Assembly: GCF_046119375.1 (NCBI RefSeq)
Contig: NW_027362768.1
Location: 158,906,001-158,970,000 of the forward strand
Length of the DNA stretch: 64,000 nucleotides
From: Phyllobates terribilis
Taxonomy: Eukaryota
Direction of reading: 5' to 3'
This document shows, in pieces, positions 47,738 to 59,600 of this stretch. The first letter of the stretch is position 1. Each line of letters begins with the position of its first letter. The position numbers were made by a program, and so were the translations under genes. A model generated the notes under the pieces. That model did no database searches. It had not been told where the DNA came from and saw only the letters and a program-made list of their open reading frames with translations.

Positions 47738-49248
47738 CAGTACAGACCAAAAGTTTGGACACACCTTCTCATTTAAAGATTTTTCTGTATTTTCTTGACT
47801 ATGGTAATTGTACATTCACACTGAAGGCATCAAAACTATGAATTAACACATGTGGAATTATATACTTAACAAAAAAGTGTGAAACAACTGAAAATATGTC
47901 TTATATTCTAGGTTCTTCAAAGTAGCCACCTTTTGCTTTTATGACTGCTTTGCACACTCTTGGCATTCTCTTGATGAGCTTCAAGAGGTAATCACCGGAA
48001 ATGGTCTTCCAACAATCTTGAAGGAGTTCCCAGAGATGCTTAGCAAATGTTGGCCCTTTTGCCTTCACTCTGCGGTCCAGCTCACCCCAAACTATCTTGA
48101 TTGGGTTCAGGTCTGGTGACTGTGGAGACCAGGTCATCTGGCGTAGCACCCCATCACTCTCCTTCTTGGTCAAATAGCCCTTACACAGCCTGGAGGTGTG
48201 TTTGGGGTCATTGTCCTGTTGAAAAATAAATGATGGTCCAACTAAATGCAAACCGGATGGAATAGCATGCCGCTGCAAGATGCTGTGGTAGCCATGCTGG
48301 TTCAGTATGCCTTCAATTTTGAATAAATCCCCAACAGTGTCACCAGCAAAGCACCCCCACACCATCACACCTCCTCCGCCACGCTTCATGGTGGGAACCA
48401 GGCATGTAGAGTCCATCCGTTCACCTTTTCTGCGTCGCACAAAGACACGGTGGTTGGAACCCAAGATCTCAAATTTGGACTCATCAGACCAAAGCACAGA
48501 TTTCCACTGGTCTAATGTCCATTTTTTGTGTTCTTTAGCCCAAACAAGTCTCTTCTGCTTGTTGCCTGTCCTTAGCAGTGGTTTCCTAGCAGCTATTTTA
48601 CCATGAAGGCCTGCTGCACAAAGTCTCCTTTTAATAGTTTTTGAAGAGATGTGTCGGCTGCTAGAACTCTGTGTGGTATTGACCTGATCTCTAATCTGAG
48701 CTGCTGTTAACCTGCGATTTCTGAGTCTGGTGACTCGGATAAACTTATCCTCAGAAGCAGAGGTGACTCTTGGTCTTCCTTTCCTGGGGCGGTCCTCATG
48801 TGAGCCAGTTTCTTTGTAGCGCTTGATGGTTTTTGCAACTGCACTTGGGGACACTTTCAAAGTTTGCCCAATTATTCGTACTGACTGACCTTCATTTCTT
48901 AAAGTATTGATGGCCACTCGTTTTTCTTTACTTAGCTGCTTTTTTCTTGCCATCTCTGGGAACTCCTTCAAGATTGTTGGAAGACCAGTTCCGGTGATTA
49001 CCTCTTGAAGCTCATCAAGAGAATGCCAAGAGTGTGCAAAGCAGTCATAAAAGCAAAAGGTGGCCACTTTGAAGAACCTAGAATATAAGACTTATTTTCA
49101 GTTGTTTCACACTTTTTTGTTAAGTATATAATTCCACATGTGTTAATTCATAGTTTTGACGCCTTCAGTGTGAATGTACAATTTTCACAGTCATGAAAAT
49201 ACAGAAAAATCTTTAAATGAGAAGGTGTGTCCAAACTTTTGGTCTGTA

Positions 49249-49251
<3 letters not shown>
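47738..49251 (-). mobile_element. Tc1-sibling transposon with DD38E spacing (Intruder-like) and 301-bp inverted repeats
   Basis: IRs 47738-48038 and 48951-49251; TA on the left, TG-TA on the right; transposase 47901-48953. Confidence 0.93.
47901..48953 (-). CDS. DD38E-type transposase, open reading frame of 350 aa with the catalytic Glu replaced by Lys
   Basis: MARKKQLSKE, GRPR, WSDESK, QQDND, SPDLNPIK; 38 residues between the second D and the E position. Confidence 0.85.
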   Translation of the reverse strand: MARKKQLSKEKRVAINTLRNEGQSVRIIGQTLKVSPSAVAKTIKRYKETGSHEDRPRKGRPRVTSASEDKFIRVTRLRNRRLTAAQIRDQVNTTQSSSSRHISSKTIKRRLCAAGLHGKIAARKPLLRTGNKQKRLVWAKEHKKWTLDQWKSVLWSDESKFEILGSNHRVFVRRRKGERMDSTCLVPTMKRGGGGVMVWGCFAGDTVGDLFKIEGILNQHGYHSILQRHAIPSGLHLVGPSFIFQQDNDPKHTSRLCKGYLTKKESDGVLRQMTWSPQSPDLNPIKIVWGELDRRVKAKGPTFAKHLWELLQDCWKTISGDYLLKLIKRMPRVCKAVIKAKGGYFEEPRI

Positions 49252-49279
<28 letters not shown>

Positions 49280-49364
49280 ATGTGTCATCTACACATCCAT
49301 TGTAGAAGGAAGATAACTTCTATACATCTTGTAATACTTCATTGTCAGGTGTCGGAGCTGCACG

Positions 49365-50240
49365 ATGCTGCGTCTGGGAGGAAAGTGTTGGCCATCGGTC
49401 CAGCAGGTATAATGACTGTAGCGTTCATTGAAAAAAAAACAAAAAACATTTGTGGCAAAAAGAGATGGATATAACCAAAGTGGAGGCTCTGCCATCACTC
49501 AGACGCACTGTAATTTTACGATATTTAGTTTTTTTTTACAGTTTTGTAAAATGGCCGGACCAGTCTGCAGACAAACGACACACGCTGCGATTACCTGGAG
49601 GTCGTTTAGGATCCGAGCTCCGCCTATTTCCACCCTCTCTGCCCTGCAGCGCTCGGCTCCTCTCCGCTGCTGTGGATTACACACCTCCAGCTCGCTCCAC
49701 AAGAGAAGACAAAACGCCCAAGAAGAAGAGTTCGACCAGACGATGCAGAATTACAAGGACGAGCTGAGAAAGACGCCAAGGCCGGCTGTGTACCTGAGCG
49801 TGGCTGGACTGATCCCGGTGGTTGTTGCTCCTCTCACTATGAGTTTTGGGGGTTATTATTACCCAGAAATGGCATTTCTTCAGCTCGCAGCCGCCAACTG
49901 CCTGCTATCGTTTTATGGTGGGATCCGTTGGGGTATTTCGGTTCCTGAAAACAGCACATTCCGGCCGGACTCGCTGAACTTTGGGCTCGGCGCGTTTCTG
50001 CCGTTTGTTGCATGGACATCTTTGGTAGTGTCAGATGATATTTCCATCTCGGCGGTGACAGTGATGGCTGGATTAATCGTGGGGGCATTAGGGGGGTTCG
50101 GGATGCTTCCTCCTTTTCCATTTTGGCTTAGTTTTCTGAGAAATGTTTGTTTCCTGTTGACCTTCTGTTGTATCCTGACCACTATGTGGTACTTCTTTGC
50201 CTACCCGGAAAAATCACTGAAAAATCAAAGTCCAAAATAA
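49365..50240 (+). CDS. TMEM69: Transmembrane protein 69, 246 aa
   Basis: join 49365-49406 (MLRLGGKCWPSVQQ; exon acceptor 49349, donor GTATAA) and 49542-50240 (PRPAVYLSVAGLIP, SFYGGIRWG, PDSLN; several TM helices); 14-aa first coding exon and synteny as in human. Confidence 0.92.
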
Positions 50241-50547
50241 AAACTTTATATTAGAGGTTGAACTTCATCCCAGAACTTTTACAAGTAGCAACGAAGCTTA
50301 AATCCAAGTTTGTTTACTCATCTTGTCATGCTCCTGCGTTACATCTTATTGTTCCCCCATACTGTGAGGGTCTTGTGCTACTTGTTAGGGGGGGTGAATC
50401 ATGATTTACATCCTCAGCTCTGGTGACTGTACCCTACATCAGATTCTGGGACCACCCTGAGGTTCTGATCGCCAGACCCCCTCCTCAATGCTTTGCAAAT
50501 AATCCAGGATGTAATGAATGACCACACAGAGACAATGTGAAAAATGC

Positions 50548-50553
50548 TTTATT
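50548..50553 (-). terminator. Candidate IPP polyadenylation signal
   Basis: AATAAA on the minus strand about 1.2 kb after the stop; another lies near 50665. Confidence 0.4.
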
Positions 50554-51559
50554 ATAACAAATGCAATATTCAGCAGCTGTCCGCTCTATTGCATCACTCT
50601 GATCAGCGACTCCAGAGTCTGTATTGTCTGCTAAAATCTGACGCGGCATCTGTCCCTCATGCTTTTTATTGCAGCTTTGCACAAACTGAAGAAAATTCAT
50701 TGCCACAGGGTGAAAAAGTTTTCGGCAGTGGTCCTGAAGTAGATGAGAGAATCGTTGTTTTATCATGCGGTCCTGCAGAAGTGATGCCTGCAATTCTAGA
50801 TCCCTTAAAGGGGTCACTTTATCAGCGGTCCATCTTTTACTGCGCAGGTAAAAACAAAACCCAAAAAAAACCAGTCTATTGCTCTCAGATATCAACTATT
50901 TCAGGCTAAGAAAAGACTTTTTACCAGTCATACAGGCAATCTATTGCTCTGTTATCAGCAATTTAAGCCATACAGGAGTGTAGGGTTAATCACTGGGAAG
51001 GTCCCTACTTTCTCATCTATCTGTAGTGCTGAGAATCTTCAATACATGTGACAGACCTGAGACATTCCTCTTATAACCTCCAGAGACATTTACATCCCGT
51101 TACTTTATCCCATCCCTCATTGTACCAGAAAGAGTCGACCTGATTCCGAAACGCGTTGCATGAATCCCAATAACGCAACGCATTAGCTGCGCCTGGGAAC
51201 GACCACAGCTCCTCTTTCTTCTTTGGTATTTACATCCCTGTGACTGATATAAACCAATGCTCTTATAACGCTGTGCACTACTAATACCAGCAGACCTTTG
51301 TATCCAGCAGTCTTTCATTATCAGCATGTCTTTTCCCATATCCTATGTTGATGACTGTCCCCAAACGGGCATTGGGTCATAAAGCTAGCAACACCCCCAA
51401 ACCACTACAAGAGTCCATTGATGGCAGTTGGACACTGTCCCCAATTATTGGTCTCTTGACCGACATCAGTTCAGTACCAGGCTTCACCGTCAGACCGTCA
51501 GCACCCGGTGTACAAGACACCACCCGGTGTACCGGACTGCACCAGCAGACTCTCAGTAC

Positions 51560-51703
51560 CAGACCCTCGGCACCCGGTGTACCAGGCTACACCATCAGAC
51601 CCTCGGCACCCGGTGTACCAGGCTACACCATCAGACCCTCGGCACCCGGTGTACCAGGCTACACCATCAGACCCTCGGCACCCGGTGTACCAGGCTACAC
51701 CAT
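51560..51703. repeat. 36-bp VNTR in the IPP 3' UTR (4 identical units plus degenerate units back to about 51473)
   Basis: Unit CAGACCCTCGGCACCCGGTGTACCAGGCTACACCAT. Confidence 0.95.
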
Positions 51704-51726
51704 CAGCCAACACTGCAGTATTTGGG

Positions 51727-51951
51727 TCAGAGGACGGCCAGGCTCCCCTCACAGCGGCTGGTGATCATGCTGCCAATCTCCGTCCAGTAGTCTGTATGTG
51801 GGTTATAAACCTCTACAGAGTCAGAAGTCACAGGGGCTGAAAAATTCTGCACGCTGGCTCTGCCCCCGGTGGCGTACAGAAGCCCATTCACGCTGACCAC
51901 AGAAACGCCCGCTCTTGGGACCCTCATTGGTGCCACGTCCACCCACTTATC
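51727..51951 (-). CDS. IPP: IPP last coding exon (Kelch)
   Basis: [15 protein letters not shown]...[10 protein letters not shown]; 225 nt. Confidence 0.94.
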   Translation of the reverse strand, partial: DKWVDVAPMRVPRAGVSVVSVNGLLYATGGRASVQNFSAPVTSDSVEVYNPHTDYWTEIGSMITSRCEGSLAVL

Positions 51952-53646
51952 CTGCAAACAAAAGAAGGAATGAAATTAGAAAAACTCTTCTGGCAGCTCA
52001 AATCTTTCTTATGTCCTGACAGTTTGTTACATTTTACCTGCGCTGATACACTATCAGTCCATAGAGGATGGATTAGACTGACAATTGTAACAAGCCCTCA
52101 GCTATGAAGCTTCCAGCCTGTCAGTAAATGTTCACGTTCATTGATGGCAAGCAGAGATTTTGAAAATAGTAACATTTCTGAACATAATCTATTAATTGCA
52201 AAGTTGTCATAACACAAGACCCCACCGCTGTCCTCCTCATTACCTCCAGAAAAGAAAACTTCTCCACAGTGTTTAGAAAATCCTGACTCTCGTTCCATCC
52301 ACCAACTGCATACAAGCAGTCGTTTAAAAAAGCTACGCCCAGGTACGCTCTGCGGGTCCCCATAGGAGGGAGCGACATCCAGCGCTTGGTAATAGGATTA
52401 TAGACTTCAGCTGAAGAAAGTTCTATCCCCTCCTGGCCAATTCCACCGACCACATAGATCAACCCTAAGAAAGGAATAAGAGTCCAGCATCACAAAAGAA
52501 TAGTGAGTGCAGCTCTGGAGTATAATACAGGATGTAACTCAGGATCAGTAATATACCGTATTTTTCGGACTATAAGATGCACTTTTTTCCTCAAATTTTG
52601 GAGGAAAATGGGTGGGGGGGTGCGTCTTATAGTCCAAATGTTGGGGGAGGAGGGGGTATATGTATATGTTGTGGGGGGGGCGGTAGCGGAGCGGGGCACA
52701 GGAGGCAGCAACCGCCTGCTGCAGCCTACACTGTTCCCGCTGCTAAAGAAAATTAATATTCACTGCTCCCCACGCCCATGGGCGTGGGGAGCACTGAATA
52801 TTCATGCTCCTTAATAGCGGCACACAGTGTAGCCGCAGCGCGGCTCCTGCCGGAATCGCCTGTGCCCGCTGTTAAAGGACATGAATATTCAGCCTATCTC
52901 CACGCTCATGGGCGTGGGGAGGGGGTGAATATTCATGCCCTTTAATAGCGGGCACACGCGATCGCCCAGCAGCAGCAGGAGCAGTGCTGCGGCTACGCTG
53001 TGTGCTGGCTATTAAGGAGCATGAGGTCACTGCTCCCCGCGCACACAGTCCCAGAGTGGGGAGCAGTGACTTCCGGCAGCTGATCTCTCCTTGTGAGCCG
53101 CGCATGGTAGTGACACCATGCGCGGCTCACATGACGAGATCAGTGCGGGCAGACAGGACACAGCGCGGGAGGAGAGAAGAAAGGTGAGTAGGAGTGTTAA
53201 TTTTTTTTATGTGCAGCATGATGGGGATTAGGGGGGGCCGTGTATACCAGGATAAGGATGAGAGGTGCCATGCATATCAGGACAGGGATGAGGGGTGCCA
53301 TGCATACCAGGATGGGGATTGCTGTGCCATGCATACCAGGATAGCGATGAGGGGTTCCACGCATACCAGGATGGGGGCCATGTATAAAAGGAAGGGGGGG
53401 CATATATACCAGGATTGGGGATATTGTCAGAATTGCAGTACATTACCCCTATACCAGTGTTAGCAGAAGACCCCCTCCCTCTTAAGTGCATCGTGAACAC
53501 ATTTTTTGCTTAAATTTTTTTTTCTATTTTCCTCCTCTAAAACCTAGGTGCGTCTTATAGTCCAAAAAATATGGTAATATATGTACACAGGGAGTGCAGC
53601 TCCAGAGTATAGTACAGGATATAACTCGAGATCAGTACAGGATAAG

Positions 53647-53694
<48 letters not shown>

Positions 53695-56600
53695 GGTAAA
53701 GAGATATATCTGTTCATTTGGTTCTGTGTTAAGTAGAACATCTCTCTATGAGGCTGGGGTCACATGGAGCTTTTGTCTCATACCCATCATCCAGACAGTT
53801 GATGCATTCTGTATGTATAGTCATCCCAATGTCTGGCCACATGAGGGCGCTATTACACTACACGCTATACGATCTGATGTGTCAGAGCTAGACTAACGTT
53901 ATATGGGCACTAGAAATGACAAATTGAGGACCAGATATTTTTAAAAAGAAGAAGTGCACCACTCACCTTGGCTCTCGCAGCAGGCAAAATTATATCTCGG
54001 CACAGACATCTGTCCCACCACCTGCCAGGCGTTGTCCTCGGGCGAAAATCGCTCAATACCATTTCCAATGTCTTCTCCAACCCAGCCGCCTGCAGTGACA
54101 AATGAGGGTAATTCTGCACTCTGCTCTCAGTCTGCGATACAAATACAAGTCTCAGTTACTATAGGAGCGGCGCTCACCCATTGCGTAGATTGCGCCGTGG
54201 CAGGAACACGCTCCCAGACTGCAACGTGGCTGGTTCATGGAGGGGACTGGTGTCCACTGTTTAGTCACAGGGTCGTAGCACTCCACACAGTCGAAGATCA
54301 TGGAGTCCTTTTCCCCTGCAATCAAGTGTTACAAAATGCAAACATTAAAAGCATTTCATACAAAGTGCCTGATCCTTATTGGGGGATCAGGAGACCCCCC
54401 ATAATATAATAATAATAATTTTTATTTATATAGCGCCAACATATTCTGCTGCACTTTACAATTAAGTAGGGACATGTACAGACAATATAAACAATACAAT
54501 ATATTACAACAGTTACAGGAGGAGTGAGGGTCCTGCTCGCAAGCTTACAATCTATATGGAAATGGGGGGGGGGGGGGGGACGACACAATAGGTAAAACAT
54601 GGTCATCAGCCAGTATCCATCTAAGGGCAGTTACCGTGTGGTATTTGGTGCATGGAGGATGTGGAGATAAGATGAATATGCAGGGGCAGATTAAGATTAA
54701 TATTTAGGAGGGGACAGGGGAGAGTTAGGTTGGTGAGTTGCGGTGATAGACTTGTCTAAACAGATGTGTTTTTAAAGCACATGTGAAGACATGGGGGCTA
54801 GATATCAGTCGTTTGGGGTAGTGCATTCCAGAAAACTGGTGCAGCACAAGAGAAGTCTTGGAGGTGTGAGGTCAGATTAAGGAGGATGTTAGTCTTAGAT
54901 CAGTTGCAGAACGGAGGGCACGGGAGGGGCGATAGACCGAAATGAGGGATGATATATAGGCCGGGGGAGAACTTTGTGGGTGAGAGAGATGAGTTTGTAT
55001 TGTATTCTGTGGTGAATGGGTAACCAGGGCAATGACTGGCACAGGGTAGAGGCGTTGGTGAAGCGGCTAGACAGAAATACGACCCTGGCTGCTGCATTCA
55101 GAATGGATTGGAGAGGAGACAGTTTGTTTAGAGGGAGACCGATTAAGAGAGAGTTGCAGTAGTCCAGATGAGAGTGGATAAGAGCGACAGTAAGAGTTTT
55201 TGCAGTATCAAAGGTGAGAAAAGGTCGGATTCTGGAGATGTTTTTAAGGTGCAGGTGACAGGAGCGAGTGAGTGATTGTATATGGGGAATAAAAGAAAAG
55301 TTGTGTGTCAAATATGACTCCAAGACAGTGCTGCTTGGCTGTTATGGTGGCACCACCCAAGGAAATTGCAAAGTCAGGTGTAGGTAGGTTAGTAGAGGGA
55401 GGAAGAACAAGGAGCTCAGTTTTGGAGATTCAGTTTCAGATAGAGGGAAGACATGATGTTAGAGACAGCGGTCAGACAATCCTTGGTATTTTGTATTAGG
55501 GTAGGGGTGATGTCAGGTGAAGAGGTGTATAGTTGGGTGTCGTCAGCATAGAGATGATACTGGAACCCAAATCTGCTGATTGTTTGTCCAATAGGGGCAG
55601 TGTATAGAGAGAAGAGGAGGGGGCTAGGACTGAGCCCTGCGGACCCCGATAGTAAGGGGACGAGGAGAGGAAGAGGAGCCGGCAAAAGATACCGTGAAGA
55701 AGCGGTCAGAGAGGTAGGAGGAGAACCAGGAGAGAACGGTGTCCTTGAGGCCAATAGAGCGGAGCACAGTAAGGAGCAGCTGGTGATCCACAGTGTCGAA
55801 TGCGGCGGAGAGATCCAGGAGAATCAGCAGGGAGTAGTGACCATTAGATTTAGCTGTTAGTAGATCATTAGAGACTTTAGTGAGGGCAGTTTCAGTAGAG
55901 CGTAAAGAGCGGAAACCAGATTATAGAGGAACGAGGAGAGAGTTATCTGAGAGATAGCGGATTAGACAGGAGTGGATTCCAGGAGTTTAGAGATGAAAGG
56001 AAGGTTAAGGCCCCGTCACACTTAGCAACGCTACAGCGATCCCGACAACGATACGACCTGTCAGGGATCGTTGCTGCGTCGCTATGTGATCGCTGGTGAG
56101 ATGTCAAACAGGCCGGCTCATCAGGGGAAAGAATCTTTCCACGATGTCCTGCTCGTGGTTACCAGCCTGCTGAAGCAGGAGCAGGCTGGTAACCATGATA
56201 AACAGCGGGTTACTAGGGGCACACGCGCACCTAGTAACTCGCTGTTTATCATGGTTACCAGTCTGCTAAGGTGAGTGGGAGGTTACCTCTCACCGTAGCA
56301 GAGTGGTAACCATGATAAACAGCGGGTTACTAAGTGCGCGTGCGCCCCTAGTAACCCGGTGTTTATTATGGTTACTAGCCTGATCGCTGGTCCCACAACG
56401 ATGTGTGCTGACCAGCGGGAGGGCAACGACCAAAAAATGGTCCAGGACATTTTGCAGCGATCTCACAGCAGGGGCCTGATCGCTGCAAAGTGTCACACAT
56501 AGCGACATCGCTGGTGAGGTCGCTGTTGCGTCACCAAAACCGTGACTCAGCAGCGATCTCGCTATGTGAGACGGGGGCTTTAGAGACAGGTCTGTAGTTA

Positions 56601-59600
56601 GCAGTGCAGTTCTGGTCCAGGGATGGCTTTTTAAGTAAAGGGGTTATGATGGCATGTTTAAATGAAGAGGGAAAGATACCCGAAGAAAGAGAGAGGTTGA
56701 ATATTTTAGGTGGGTAGTGACAGCTGGGGAAAGGAACTAAAGGAGATGTGAGGGAATAGGGTCACTGTTGCAGTTGTAGGGCGAGAAGAAGCGAGGAGTC
56801 TGGTCACTTCTTCTGTGACCGGCTCGAAGATGGAAAGTGAACTTGAGGTGCAGGAGGGAAGGGGATCCAGACTCTGAGGATATTGTGCAAAAATGTCTTG
56901 ACAGATATAATTGATTTTTTGTAGGAAATAAGTGGCCAGATCATCAGCACTTAGGTTGGAGACAGGGGTCTGTACTTTAGGGTTCAGGAGGGAGTGGAAG
57001 GTTTCAAAGAGTCGTTTAGGATTGTTGGCTAGAGATGTGATGAGAGTGGTAAAGTAGACTTGTTTAGCCAGATGGAGAGCAGAGTTATAAATTTTGAGCA
57101 TGAACTTATAGTGGATGAAGTCTTCTGCCGAGAGTGATTTTCTCCACAGACGCTCAGCACACCTTGAGCAGCGATGGAGGAAACGTGTTTGCATTGTGTG
57201 CCAGGGCTGCTGCCTATGCCGGGTTATTCTGAGTGTAGCAGGTGCTGCTTCATCCAGTGCACTCCGCAATGTGTTGTTATAGTGTGACAATGCTGAGTCT
57301 GGACAGGAGAGGGAGAGGATGGGGGTTAAAGATGACTAGATTGTTCATAAGTTGCTGGGTATTAATGGCACGTAGATTTGTGTGTGTATATTAAGTGGGG
57401 GTGTCCTGGGGGAGGAGACCGTTCTTGACAGAGAAGAAAAGCAGGTTGTGGTCAGAGAGCGGGAGAGGGGAGTAAAGTCATGCAGCGAGCAGAGTCGTGA
57501 GAATACTAAGTCCAGAGTATTCCCGTCTTCATGTGTAGGAGAGTTAGTAAACTGTGAGAGGCCGAATGAGATGGTTAGAGAAAAAGGATGAGAGGCAGAT
57601 GGGCAAAGCAGCTCATCAATGGGTATGTTAAAATCCCCCATGATGAGAGTGGGAATATCACAGGATAGGAAGTGTGGAAGCCAGGTGGCAAAGTGATCCA
57701 GAAACTGATGGGAGGAGCCTGGAGGGCGACACACAACCGCCACTCGCAGGGAGAAGGTTTAAAGAGTCTGACGGTGTGCACTTCAAATGAAGGAAACATA
57801 AGTGAGAGAACCAGGGGGGTGACCTAGAAAGCACATTGTGGTGAAAGGAGCAAACCAACACCTCCACCATGTCTGCTCTCAGGTCTGGGGGTATGTGAAA
57901 ATTGTCCGTCGTCATACGCGAGAGCAGCTGCGGCAGTGGTGTCTGACTGCTGGATCCAGGTTTCAGTGAGAGGCAGGAGGTTAAGGGAGTTTGAAAGGAA
58001 GAAATCTTGGATGTAGAGGAGTTTATTGCGGGTTGAGCGCGAGTTCCAAAGAGCACAGTTAAAAGAGACAGGAGAAGGCAAGCAATGAATGTTTATAAGA
58101 TTGGCAGGGCTTCTGTATGCTGCAGGATGAGAGCTATATATACTAGTGTGTGGAGGCCCGGGGATGGGAAGATATCGCCAGCAACTAGGAGGAGGAGACA
58201 GAAGAGAAAGGTGGTTCAATGCTTTGTGTGAGCGTTTTGTGCGTGATATGGTGGTAGTGGATGGTTGGGAGTGATTGAGAAAAGTCAGTAAGGCCTCAGT
58301 GTTGTACATGGGAGAGGGTAGGAGAGAGGGACTGATGTAGACAGACTGTGTAGAATATGTCAAAGGGCGGTAGAGATGAAAGGAAACAGCAGTTAGGCCA
58401 TATATGAAGCAAAGAGATATGGAAATTAGTTGTAGTGCAACTGAACAAAGAGCATGTTTGTCTGAATATCTGGCATAGCTGACCCGTCTCCTGCTCTGTC
58501 CTCTTGCCAGACACCTTGAATATTTTGGACATAGAATCAATTTCACAAGTGCCTCAGCACACGTATTCTCTTTAAGCAGATCTGGATATATTGGAAGTAT
58601 ATATACAGGCGCATCTCACTAAATTAGAATATCATCAAAAAGTAAATTTCTTTCAGTTCTTCAATACAAAAAGTGAAACTCCTATATTATATAGAGTCAT
58701 TACAAACAGTGATCTATTTCAAGTGTTTATTTCTGTTAATGTTGATGATTATGGCTTACAGCCAATGAAAACACATAAGTCATTATCTCAGTAAATTAGA
58801 ATACTTTATAACAACAGCTTGAAAAATGTTTTTAACCCATTATCTACCAATGTCTTTTTTTGGGACACCTAATTTTTTGCTTCTAGCAACTAAGATTTTC
58901 TAATTAGGTCCAAAAAAAAACAAAAAATGAAAATTGCTAATTTGGCAAGTAATGGGTTAAAATCCGAAATGTTGGCCTACTGAAATGTATGTTCAGTAAA
59001 TGCCTCAATACTTGGTCGGGCTCCTTTTGCATCAATTACTGCATCAATGCGGCGTGGCATGCAGGCGATCAGCCTGTGGCACTGCTGAGGTGTTATGGAA
59101 GCCCAGGTGGCTTTGATAGCAGCCTTCAGCTCGTCTGCATTGTTGAGTCTGGAGTCTCATCTTCCTCTTGACAATACCCCATAGATTCTCTATAATAGAT
59201 TCTCTATGAGGTTAAGGTCAGGCGAGTTTGCTGCCAATCAAGCACAGTGATACTGTTGTGTGTAAACCAGGTATTGGTACTTTTGACAGTGTGGACAGGG
59301 GCCAAGTCCTGCTGGAGAATGACATTTCCATCTCCAAAAAGCTTGTCGGCAGAGGGAAGCATGAAGTGCTCTAAAATTTCCCGGTAGACGGCTGCACTGA
59401 CTTTGGTCTTGATAAAACACAGTGGACCTACACCAGCAGATGACATGGCTCCCCAAACCATCACTGATTGTGGAAACTTCACACTAGACCTCCAGCAGCT
59501 TGGATTGTGGCCTCTCCACTCTTCCTCCAGACTCTGGGACCTTGTGGAGTGTGTCAATGACTGCCTTCTGGACATCTGTCAAGTCAGCAGTCTTCCCCAT

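Noticed and set aside
48954-49067. 38-aa N-terminal extension as a real transposase domain
   Set aside because: It is the antisense translation of the transposase 3' end inside the inverted repeat
49428-49541. Start of the 270-aa ORF as the TMEM69 N-terminus
   Set aside because: This part is intron (T-tract and CAG at 49539-49541). The real ATG is in the upstream exon at 49365.
51345-51840. Pro/Gly-rich repeat proteins (TIRPSAPGVPGY)n
   Set aside because: Translations of the 36-bp VNTR in the IPP 3' UTR, open in several frames at once
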